Source: Eledone cirrhosa
Taxonomy: Eukaryota
Reading direction: 5' to 3'
Assembly: GCA_964016885.1 (NCBI GenBank)
Contig: OZ024741.1
Coordinates: forward strand, 355,570,001-355,634,000
DNA length: 64,000 nucleotides
This document shows positions 1-11,214 of this stretch, in pieces. A model generated the notes under the pieces. The model saw only the letters and a list, made by a program, of their open reading frames with translations, made no database searches and was not told the DNA's origin. Both the position numbers and the translations under genes were made by a program. Every line of letters begins with the position of its first letter. Positions within the stretch are counted from its first letter, which is position 1.

Positions 1-2152
1 ACATTGTCTTGGAGAGGTGTAAGTGTGTGACGTCGGAGTTTATCAGCTCGTCCAAGGTTTTTCTAGGTCTGCCTATTCCGTGGCTACCGTCTATCTTTAT
101 TGCCCTGCACTTTGTTATACAGCTATCGACTTTCATGCGCATCACGTGTCCATACCAACGTAGCCTTCTCTCGAGTAAACAACATCTGATCCCTCTTATT
201 TCTAATTTTTTCCTTAGTTCGTTTATGCTTTGCCGTTCACGTATATTACTATTACACATCCAGCAGAGCATGCAAGCTTCGTTCCTCTCTAGTCTGCGTA
301 TATCCTCTGCACACAATGCCCAGGTCTCACTGCCATGCAACATTGCTGTTCGTATGCAGGCATCATACAACCTGCCTTTCATTTTTAGGGAGAACCCTTT
401 AGCGGCTAATAGTGGTATAAGCTCTCTGAACTTTTTCCATCCAGTTCTGACTCTAGCTACTGTACTTTCAGAGCACTCTCCCCCACTGCTGATTTTGTCA
501 CCCAGGTAACGGAAGCTGTCCACTATTTCTATAGAGCCCTCTGCGCAGTTGAAAGAGCTAGTATTTTGTGGGCACTTGCTGCTACTTATTGCACCAGAGC
601 ACCGGCCACATGTGAAATCTATGTTCTTAGTTAGCTTACCTGTGATCCCACTACATCTTTTATGCACCCATACTTTGCATTTGGGACACAAAATGGAGTT
701 TCTACCTACGCCTTTCCTACACACTGAGCATGGCCATTTCCCTGAAGGGACCACCGCCTTATTTTCTTTCCTACAAACTAGAACTTTGGTCTTAGCCAGA
801 TTAATTTTAAGGCCTTTTGATTCTAGGCTGTGCTTCCATGTTTGGAATTTCTTCTCTAGCTCGGCCATTGATTCAGCTATGAGTGTTAGGTCGTCTGCGT
901 ATAGGAGTTCTCATGGGCACCGGTCTTGAACTCCTCTGTTATAGCCTGAAGGGCAATAATAAATAGTAGGGGGCTGAGAACAGAGCCCTGATGGACGCCA
1001 ACTTTTACGCTAAACTCTTCACTATATTCGTTGTTAATTCTAACCTTGCTGACTGTTTCTTTATACATGGCTTGTATAGCTCTCACACGCCATTCGTCGA
1101 CACCTAGTTTTCTAAGAGCCCACCAGATAATGGAACGGGGGACTCTGTCGAAGGCTTTCTCCAAGTCGACAAAAGCTAAGTAGAGGGGTTTACTTTTAGC
1201 TAGGTACTTCTCCTGTAGTTGTCGTACAATGAAAAGAGCGTCTGTGGTACTTTTGCCTGACACAAACCCGAACTGCATTTCATCTAGGTCAATTCTCTCT
1301 CTGATTAGTTGCGCTATTACTTTTTCCGTGACCTTCATGACCTGGTCGATTAATTTAATGCCTCTATAGTTACTCCTATCTAGGGCATCTCCTTTACCCT
1401 TATAACAGTTAACGATGATGCTGCTACGCCAGTCCTTCAGAACAACCCCATTCTGTACGACTTGGTTAACTATCCGGGTGACCATGGTGTGTCCCACCGT
1501 GCCAGATGCCTTCAGCATCTCAGCAACTATTTCCGAAGGCCCAGCTGCCTTACCCGTCTTCATATCCTTGATTGCCTTACTTATTATACTACCCTCGACT
1601 AACACTGCTGGTCCCTCTATTGGGTCGATGTGGGGGAGACTGTCTTTCTCCCATTTATTCTTCTCATTTAGTAGCCTTTCATAGTGACACTTCCAAGCTA
1701 CCTTCTTATCAGCGTCGGTGATGGCAAGTACGCCATCATCATTAAGTACACACTTCTCCCCGACAATATCACGGTTTTCCTTGACACATTGCCTAGCAAT
1801 CCTGAACACCTCACGTTTTTGGTCCTCGCGTTGTAGAACATGCTTGAACTTTCTTTCCTCTGCTTCCCTTCTTGCGAAGTACACTTGTCTCCTAGCTTCC
1901 CTCCTGGCCACTTGATAGTCTTCTCTACTTCCCCCATCCCGCCATACTTTCCAAGCCTGCTTTTTGGCCTTAATTGACCCCTCCACCTTACTGTTCCACC
2001 ACCATGTTACTCTCCTCCTGCCTACAGGCCTGCTCCAGCCACAGACTTCGTCTGCAGCCATCAGCAGGTTTGCTTTCAGGAATTCCCACTGCTCCTCTAT
2101 ATTGTACGACTCTAATTGCTCTTCCTTACTGTCAAAAGCATCAAGTAGTATG
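1..2152 (-). mobile_element. RTE-clade LINE, 5'-truncated, RT region; frameshift near 915; runs off the left window edge
   Basis: ORF 886..2190 has RT motifs ([39 protein letters not shown]). LLYADD continues in another frame. Near-identical to the copies at 16725 and 42892. Confidence 0.93.
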
Positions 2153-2376
2153 CTTATATATATATATATATAAAAATATAATTTCAGCAAGATTGTATTT
2201 CGGCGGGGCCAAAAACAAAACGAAACTCAATCTTCGAGATATGCGGCAAGCGCTCAATGGACGAAAAGAAGACCAGAGCAATTAACATACAGAAAAATGA
2301 AAACAGTGGTCGTGAAGCCATCAGGGGCTGGAGCCAAAAAAACGAAGCAAGCTAAACAGGTTAACAAAAGAATATG

Positions 2377-2424
<48 letters not shown>

Positions 2425-2428
<4 letters not shown>

Positions 2429-5250
2429 TAAACGGAATAGAAAATGCTGACAAATTGTTCACAGTTGAAAAATGGTTTAATTAGGAATAAAAGAGTATTA
2501 GTAATTGTATGGGTTAGTATTCAGCTGTGGTTTTAAGTTTTTAAGTTTTTACCAGTTGCGCATTTCTAAATGCTTTTCAAAAATAATTTTGAGATAGAGC
2601 GTCCGTGTTGTTTGCTCTGATCTGATTAGTTTTGGGGATTCTACCTGTTTTTATGTTAAAAAAGTGGCTCCAGCGCTACATTGGTGTTGCAAAAATTCTG
2701 GTGTTGCAAAAAACATGGCACATAGAAACACACACCCATACTCGCAGTACAGGAACATCCCATTCAATCTACAACCACCAACCCGAACCACATTTTACAA
2801 CAACAAGGAATATAACAAACACAGGAGACCACTTAACATCAGCAGACAACCCCTCTACCCCAACCATTTTTTAGACACAGCACACAGATACAGGCAAACA
2901 AAATAACACAAGACAGGGAGGAGAAACCGATAGTAATAAAAATTATCAATCTTACTAGTGCAGAACCAACACCCAACCTTATCAACTTACTCTCCAAAGG
3001 TCTTAAATTCACACCGACCCCACTACGTCCTAACTACTATGAAATGAAGGAAGACATCACAGACTTCTGTAGAAAGTTACGACTTAGTGAACAACTATTC
3101 GACCAGTACAATGAGGATGAATCATTAGCCAGAAATAGAAGCAATTACACCCCTTCAAAAGGTAGAAATAAAATCCTGGACGAATTCTGTGAACACATCA
3201 CAAACTTCCCTTACCAACACTTGCACAGACAAAAACACAAGCCAAACCTCAACAAGAAAGAATGGGAAGAATTAAATAGATTAAAAACCGACAGAACCAT
3301 TACAATTAAAGAGGCTGATAAAGGGAGTACAGTAGTCCTAATGGAGACAGAATTCTATATCAACTTAGCGCTCTCCACTTTGGAAAACGAAACATACTAC
3401 GAAAAGGCTGAACACTACAATCAACAGAAAATTATGAGAAACCTAAAAACTCTAATCAACCAATACAAAGAAAGACTCACTAACAAGGAATTCAGCTTCA
3501 TCACAGACTTCACAAGTAAATCCAGCCTTTTCTACGGTATCCCTAAAGTACATAAAAGCGAATTAATAAGTAAGGCATGCAAGGAAGCCACAGACATAGT
3601 CATCAATGTCCCCTCACCCAATGATCTCAAATTAAGACCTATAATAGCAGGCCCCGCTTGCGAAACTCACCGCCTTAGCAACTTCATTGATACCCTTCTC
3701 AAACCCTTTCTCAAACACATCAAAAGCTATATAAGGGACGACCTAGATATGCTCAATCACCTCCCTAATATGCCACTTTCTGAACAAACCCTACTAGTGA
3801 CGTTCGATGTAGTCAACCTATACTCCAACATCCCCCACAACCTAGGAATAGAAGCTATCCAATTCTGGCTGGATAATTTCCACAATGAACTCCCACAACG
3901 CATCAAAAAAGAATTCGTGATAGAGGGACTCAAATTTATCTTGGAGAACAATTACTTCGTTTTCAATAACAAACCCTACAGGCAGAAATCTGGGACCGCT
4001 ATGGGAACGAAAACAGCCCCCACTTATGCCAACCTAGTCATGGGATACCTGGAAATCACCCTCTACACTAAAGTCCTAAACAAATTTGGAAACACCCTCC
4101 ACTTACACATTGAAAGGAACTGGAAGCGATATCTAGATGACTGCTTCATCCTTTGGCACGAAAACATCGAAAAACTTAAAGAATTTCACACCCTTATAAA
4201 TGGGCTCAACACGAATATTAACTTCACGATGGAATACAACCATCAACAACTCCCCTTCATCGACATCCTCATTAAGATCCATAACAAAAAAATAGAACCC
4301 TAGACACGTTAAAATTAATATTCCCTACAACTTAGCCAAGAGAATCTGTACTATAGTCTCCAATAAAAACACCTGCTACTTACGGCTACAAGAACTAAAG
4401 GACACACTCATAGGCAGGGACTACCCTGCATCACTAATTGACAATGGAATCCAACGTGCCCTAAAACTCAGTACCCAGGACCTTAGACAACCTAAAGTAA
4501 ATCAACCGAAACTAAAAGCTCTTCCATACATCTCCACACACAACCCCCTCAACAATGAGGCCTTTGACACCATCCTCCAGAACATCCCTGTGTTGAAAAA
4601 GGACCATAGAATGAACCAAATCCTACGAACACACGATATCATAAAGAGCAAAAGACAATCCAAGTCAATGAAAAACATCCTAACACATGCCAAAGTACTG
4701 CCAACCACAACAACGAAACCCACAGTAAAAAAATGCGATAGACCCAACTGTGGCATTTGCATCAACCTAATAGAGGGTTCGGAATTCTATTTCAAAGAAG
4801 GACAACGTTTTATAGTAAAACACAATTTCACATGTGCATCGGAAAATCTAATATATGTATTAACTTGCTCAGGTTGTCGAGAACAATACATAGGCCAGAC
4901 CAAAAACAGCCTCCGCCAACGCATGACTGTCCATAGATCCCAAATTAAAATACGGGAATACAGGAAAATACCACTGAGTGAACACATTGATACCTGTGCC
5001 GCCCAAAATCATCCCGACTTCAGAATCTTTCCCCTCTACAAATTTAAAGATAATGCCACCCACACCCAGCGCATCAGCAAGGAATCTTACTTCATTAACA
5101 AATACGGACCCCGTCTAAACACTTCTCCCTAAGACGAACCCACAACATACACACGTCAACATACATACCTACATCAGCACACATCTCTACCCACATATAA
5201 ACACAATGACATACGTAAACACACATGCTCTATGGTGCAACACAAAAAAC

Positions 5251-5283
<33 letters not shown>

Positions 5284-5425
5284 GTATAGTGAATATCATT
5301 TCACACCTTTTATTATTAAGATTTTTGATGTTCTATTAAGAGAACCGATTTTACTGAAAAAATCGAATAATGTACACCATTTTACCAGGGGGGAAAAAAT
5401 ACTGGTCCACCCACACACACACATT

Positions 5426-5484
<59 letters not shown>

Positions 5485-5650
5485 ACACATACACACGCGT
5501 ACATTAACATACAAAGAGACTTATACACACACACACACACTTCTCCGTATAAGACAAAAGCTGAAAAACATCTTTTGACATGCTAAAATACCCCCCACTG
5601 CTTACAGACACATTCCTACTGACCATCCCTGCTACCACGAATTACTCTGC

Positions 5651-5689
<39 letters not shown>

Positions 5690-6151
5690 ATCTTAATAGC
5701 CATTTGACACACATCCCTGCTAACCATTATCACAACATTGAACACCTTACTACTACTACTACTACTACACACACACACACACATATTTGTTGTGAAAGAG
5801 TCATTTCTCAGTCTTGGCGCAAAATCAATTTTTTATTCACATGACCCCTACCGACCAATCAAAATTGTTTTGACCACAAGAATTTTTGCAACACCAAAGT
5901 AGCGCTGGAGCCACTTTTTTAACATAAAAACAGGTAGAATCCCCAAAACTAATCAGATCAGAGCAAACAACACGGACACTCTATCTCAAAATTATTTTTG
6001 AAAAGCATTTAGAAATGCGCAACCGGTAAAAACTTAAAAACTTAAAACCACAACTGAATACTAACATACAATTACTAATACTCTTTTATTCCTAATTAAA
6101 CCATTTTTCAACTGTGAACAATTTGTCAGCATTTTCTATTCCGTTTACCAA
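2425..6151 (+). mobile_element. Penelope-like element (RT plus C-terminal GIY-YIG) with inverted terminal repeat
   Basis: LSKGLKFTPTP (~2990), then ADKG, FDVVNLY, GTAMGT and RYLDD in ORF 3044..4303. Cys-rich linker and IY..YIGQT in ORF 4590..5132. 2425-2702 is the reverse complement of 5875-6151. Flanked by (TA)n. Confidence 0.93.
5993..6033 (+). ncRNA. Variant minimal hammerhead ribozyme motif in the PLE terminal repeat
   Basis: TTGAAAA-GCATTT-AG-AAATGC-GCAA-CCGG-TA, with palindromic stem III (ACCGGT). Core deviates from consensus (U3-A8, GCAA for GAAA). Confidence 0.5.
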
Positions 6152-6205
6152 TATATAATAACTTGTGTGTTACACCTCTATTCTTTTAACTATATATATA
6201 TAATA

Positions 6206-6283
6206 TATAGAAATGGCTTCTACAGGACTAGAACTGTTTGATTTGAATGAAACAGTTCTAGTCCTGTAGAAGCCATTTCTATA
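6206..6283. repeat. Near-perfect hairpin (about 34-bp arms)
   Basis: atatagaaatggcttctacaggactagaactgttt...aaacagttctagtcctgtagaagccatttctatat. Confidence 0.9.
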
Positions 6284-6643
6284 TTGAATATTGTATATTC
6301 TCTACTATGTATTGAGTACCTTACTTACTGTGGTTGCCCCCAATTGAACCCGACACACACACACATATATAATATATATATATATGTGTGTGTGTATGTA
6401 TATCTATATCTATCTATCTATTTGTCTAGTTATACACACATAGACACACATACATACACACATACACACACACATATATATATATTCACCTACATACATG
6501 ATTGTTCACAGTCCAACATTTCTATGAATAGTTCTGTCAATATTAATTCAATCATGAAAGTTGTTCTTCTGGGTTTCAAGGAACATTCCAAACTGCTTAT
6601 GTATATATAACCGAATTACACACACATACACACATACATATGT

Positions 6644-6765
6644 GAAGGCGTGTGGCTGAGTGGTTAGAGAATTGGATTCGCAATCGTGACGTTGTGATTT
6701 CGATTTCCGGAATGGGTGATGCATTATGTCCTTGAGCAAGACACTTTATTTCATGTTTCTCCTTT
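6644..6765 (+). mobile_element. tRNA-derived CORE-type SINE, head fragment
   Basis: A-box TGGCTGAGTGG, B-box-like TTCGATTTC, and CORE-like ccttgagcaagacacttt. Confidence 0.7.
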
Positions 6766-6917
6766 TACCTGGATTTGCGACCGACAGCTAATATTAGCAA
6801 TTAGAAAGATCAATGGAAACATTGTTTCCTCGGTCCAATTTGACAAGCCCCACTCCACTCATTAAGTGAATTAGGTCTGGGATCTTGTCGATCGACTCAC
6901 GATATATATATATATAC

Positions 6918-7717
6918 ATCGGGAACTACTACCACTGCTAGCTGCAAAAGGCTTCTCCCTCAGAATGAAAGGCAGACTGTATGATGCGTGTATACGAACA
7001 GCGATGTTGCATGGTAGTGAGACCTGGGCGCTGAAGGTGGAAGACTTACGGAGATTAGAGAGAAACAAAGCCTGCATGCTCCGATGGATGTGTAACAGTA
7101 ATATACGTGAACGACAAAGCATAAATGAATTGAGAGAGAGACTGAGCATAAGAGGAATCAAATGCTGTGTGCAGGAGAGGCGGTTGCGCTGGTATGGACA
7201 TGTGATGCGTATGAAGGATGACAGCTGCATAAAAAGGTGCAGAGCACTAGAAGTTGATGGAAACCGCGGAGTGGGGAGACCCAAGATGACCTGGGATGAG
7301 GTGATAAAAGCCGACCTTACCCAACTACACCTCTCAAAGACAATGACACACGACCGTGACTTCTGGCGTCACGCAGTAATACAGAGTACCCGACCTCCCA
7401 TGGGTACAAGCTGAAGCATATAGACAATATGCCCCTACACCCCCCACCGCAAGGTGGTCGTGGAGGTGCCACGGCAAAAAAGCACCCAGCCCACACTGTA
7501 AAGTGTATGTGTAGGCGCCACGAAAAAGCACCCAGCACTCAGTGTAAATGAGGTTGGTGTTAGGAAGGGCATCCAGCTGTAGAAATCAAGCCAAATCAGT
7601 TCCTGTATGAGCAAGACATGGTCAGCCGACCAGACACTGCCCACAACAGGACAACCCGTCTAACCCATGCTAGCGTGGAAGAATGGATGTAAAACGGTGA
7701 TGATGATGATGATGATG
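6918..7717 (+). mobile_element. RTE LINE 3' fragment with 3' UTR and (GAT)n tail
   Basis: ORF 6965..7414 contains [20 protein letters not shown] and GRPKMTW. The tail is shared with other RTE and SINE copies. Confidence 0.88.
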
Positions 7718-7899
7718 ACATATATATATAGGATAACAAGATATTGTTTAAGGTAATCCAGCTAGAGGTTATGAGTACTCTGTATTGAGGATAATTTTCA
7801 TGTATGGCGTTGTTTGACTCAACAAGAAGTTTCCTTAGTCAGGTGGCCAGTTTAAGAAAGTTCGTAGGCAGGCAGTTCTTGGAGTAATAATAGTAAAAA

Positions 7900-7989
7900 A
7901 ATGAAGAATAACATGGTCGGCTGTACAATAGTGTTTATTTAAAGTACTAAATAAACCCTATTGTACAGTCGACCATGTTATTCTTCATT
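7900..7989. repeat. Fold-back hairpin (about 41-bp arms)
   Basis: aatgaagaataacatggtcggctgtacaatag...ctattgtacagtcgaccatgttattcttcatt. Confidence 0.85.
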
Positions 7990-8010
7990 CTTTTACTTTA
8001 TATATATATA

Positions 8011-9415
8011 TCATCATCATCAGCATCACCGTTTTATGTCCATTCTTCCATGCTAGCATGGGTTAGACGGGTTGTCCTGTTGTGGGCAATGTTAGGTCGG
8101 CTAACCTTGTCTTGCTCATACGGGAACTGATTTTGGCTTGATTTCTACAGCTGGATGCCCTTCCTAACACCAACCTCATTTACAGTGAGTGCTGTGTGCT
8201 TTTTTTCTGTGGCGCCAACACGTCCACTTTACAGTGTGATCTGGGCGCTTTTTTGTTGTGGCATCACCACTACCCCCTTGCAGTGGGAGGGGATGAGGGC
8301 ATATTGCTTATATGCTTCGGCTTCAGCTTGTTCCCGTGGGAAGTCGGGTCTTCTGTATTACTGCGTGATACCAGAGGTCACGGTCCTGTGATATTGCCAT
8401 TCAGAGGTGCAATTGGACAAGGTCCGCTTTTATCACCTCATTCCAGGTCTTCTTGGGTCTCCCCACTCCACAGCTTCCATAAACTCTTAGTGCTCTGCAC
8501 CTTTTTATGCAGCTGTCATCCTTCATATGCATCACATGTCCATACCAATGCATCCTCCTCTCCTGCACACAGCATCTGATTCCTCTTATGTTCAGTCTTT
8601 CTCTCATTCGTTTATGCTTTTCTGTTCGTGTATATTACTATTACACATCCATTGGAGCATGCAAGCTTAATTTCTTTCTAATCTATGCAAGTCTTTTACG
8701 CACAGCGCCCAGGCCTCCCTACCATGTAACATTGCTGTTCGTATGCATGCATCATACAGTCTGCCTTTCATTTTGAGGGAAAAACCTTTTGCAGCTAACA
8801 TTGGCAGTAGCTCCATGAACTTCTTCCATCCCGTTCTTACCCTGGTTACTGTACTTTCAGAATACCTACCTCCGCTGCTAATTTGGTCCCCTAGGTAACA
8901 GAAGCTATCTACTGTTTCTACTGAGCCCTCCCAGAGTTTGATAGTGCTTGTTTCCTGTGGCTGTTTGCTGCTTACTGTCCCGGTGCAGCTGCTACATGTG
9001 AAGCCTACATTCCTAACTAAGCTTCCTGAGATCCCACTACATCTCTTTTGTACCCATAGTTTGCATTTGGAGGAGAGGATAGAATTCCTACCTACACCTT
9101 TCCTACATACTGAGCAAGGCCATTTCCCTGAGGGGATCTGGGTTCTGTTTTCTCGTCTACTTATGAGCACCTTAGTCTTTGACAGGTTGACTTTGAGCCC
9201 CCTTCTTTCAAATCCCTGCTTCCATGTTTGGAATTTCTTCTTTAATTCCACCATAGATTCAACTATAAGTGTAAGATCATCTGCATACAGGAGTTCCCAT
9301 GGGCATCCGGTCTTAAACTCCTCTGTTATAACCTGCAATACTATAATAAACAGGAGAGGGCTAAGAACAGAGCCCTGGTGGACACCAACCTGTATGCTAA
9401 AGATTTTTTCCATTT
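8011..9415 (-). mobile_element. RTE LINE 3' portion, degenerate
   Basis: ORF 8667..9419 contains [10 protein letters not shown] and [11 protein letters not shown] 8401..8607 is the C-terminus. (CAT)n tail at ~8011. Confidence 0.88.
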
Positions 9416-9769
9416 CCACCCTGCCTGTCTCCTCAATCTTTCTATTTCTTCTTTAATTTCTCATTTTTTCTTCTGGTGAAGTACTAGAGTCTGAGACCTT
9501 AAGACTCATTTCCTACGATATCAAGCGTAAAACTAATAATATATTTCTTCATTGTACTGTGTTGTTTGCTTCGTTATTTCTGTTTGCCTTTTGCACACAC
9601 ACACACATATATCCAAACATACACTCATATATATACACCAGCTAACAAATACATATCCTCAGAGAATTTGACATAATATGCTGAAAGATCCATCATCACC
9701 TTTTCAAAAAGTATATCATACACAAAACGCCAGCATCAACAGTTTTCCAAGAGATGGCAACATAAAACC

Positions 9770-10160
9770 ATCTTGCCAACAACAACCCTGAGTACCTTTT
9801 TGATTTCCATGTGTCTAACACACGTGGACATGCCCACAAAGTCAGAAAACAGCACAGCTCCCAAGACTTTCGGAAACATCTTTTCACGCTCAGAGTTGCT
9901 GAAGCATGGAACGAACTACCTGCATCAGTTGTTAGCTGTCGAGACACTGCATCCTTTAAGGCCTCCATGCTTCCTGAGATCCGCCAACACTACAGCTAAT
10001 GTTCCCCCTCCATACACATACACTATGTATACCATGACTCATACACTATTCACTTCCCTGACATTTGTGTATTATTCTATGTACTATACATACACCTTTG
10101 ACGAGTTGTAGTGCACCTGAGCACTTTACACAATAATTTCATTATTATTATTATTATTAT
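9770..10160 (+). mobile_element. CR1/L2-group LINE 3' end with (ATT)n tail
   Basis: TRGHAHKVRK..FRKHLFTLRVAEAWNELPASVV..FK is a typical CR1 ORF2 C-terminus. The same 3' end appears inverted at ~27460-27500. Confidence 0.8.
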
Positions 10161-10189
10161 ATAAATGGACCTGTTATTTTTTTCTAAAA

Positions 10190-10360
10190 CATTTTTTTCC
10201 ATTTCTCCCCTGCTTTCTATTTCTTCTTTAATTTCTCATGTTTTCTTCTGATGAAGGACTAGAGTCCGAGACCTTAAGATTCTTTCCGTACTATATTAAG
10301 CGTAAAACTAATAATATATTTCTTCATTGTACTGTGTCGTTTGCCTTTTGCACACACACA
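10190..10360 (+). repeat. Short hammerhead-bearing PLE-terminal-like repeat; other copies at 9410-9600 (+) and 45095-45270 (-)
   Basis: CTGATGA-A-GGAC-TAGA-GTCC-GAGA at 10248-10271. The 45 kb copy reads TTGATGA-A-GGAC-TAAT-GTCC-GAAA. Confidence 0.65.
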
Positions 10361-10639
10361 CACACACACACATATATTTATACGTATGTAAGTATGTATT
10401 ATGTATGTAAGTATAGTTAATAAATGAAACAAAACATAACAAACAGGAATACAAAATTACACATTGATATTAGTATCTTGCTTCGAGGAAGTGGAGGAAG
10501 GCTCAACGTTTTGGACAGAAGTCCGAACAGGTGGAGAAGTAAACAACAAAATATCATGTCTCTCCCTTAATTATATTCCTAGCTATGTAGGTATGTTCTT
10601 TTACACCTGGGACAAATATATCTATGTATATATATCGAT

Positions 10640-10676
<37 letters not shown>

Positions 10677-10786
10677 CACATTTATATATAGAGAGAGTTA
10701 ATAAATGAAACAAACAAAACACAGGAGGCAATTATACACAGTATATGTATATATATGTATGTATTTATATGTATATATATATATAT

Positions 10787-11195
10787 GGTGGCTGCCAACT
10801 CGTTTTCGAGTACGGCCACTACTTTATATCCATGTAGGAGAACTCCTACCGATGTGCTGAACGAGTGTGACTTTTTAGTCCAGCCAGCGACTTGAAAACT
10901 CTTGAAAACACTACACTTGTGACAATTATTGACACATAGTGCTGGGCCCATGGTACCATGTGACGACAAGTGCAGAGAGATCTCCAGATATAAAGCAATG
11001 CCTGTGCCATGAAGCTTTTATAGTGAGCAAAGGCACTGCACAAAGCCAGTCCCACTCTCTTAACCAAGATGATATTTACCAAAAAGAAGAACAAGTCAAC
11101 ATCATTGGATACCATCAGGGTTGCAGGTGTTATATCAGAGTTTTCCTTCTCCTAGAATTCTGCCTTGACAAAGGCTAAGGGGTCATCTCTCCCGG
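10787..11195 (-). mobile_element. Degenerate LINE 3' end with C-terminal C2H2-like motif
   Basis: Minus-strand translation gives WRSL...VFKSLAGLKSHTRSAH. A ctcg-aaaa-cgag stem-loop precedes the (TA)n tail. Confidence 0.5.
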
Positions 11196-11214
11196 ATATA
11201 TATATATACATACA

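Noticed and set aside
9-929. Plus-strand ORFs of 166 and 126 aa, and similar ORFs at 17314, 17728 and 60174
   Set aside because: They are antisense shadows of the RTE coding sequence.
6495-6595. Possible minus-strand exon (LECSLKPRRTTFMIEL...)
   Set aside because: Its phase is incompatible with the DSL exon and it has no recognisable motif.
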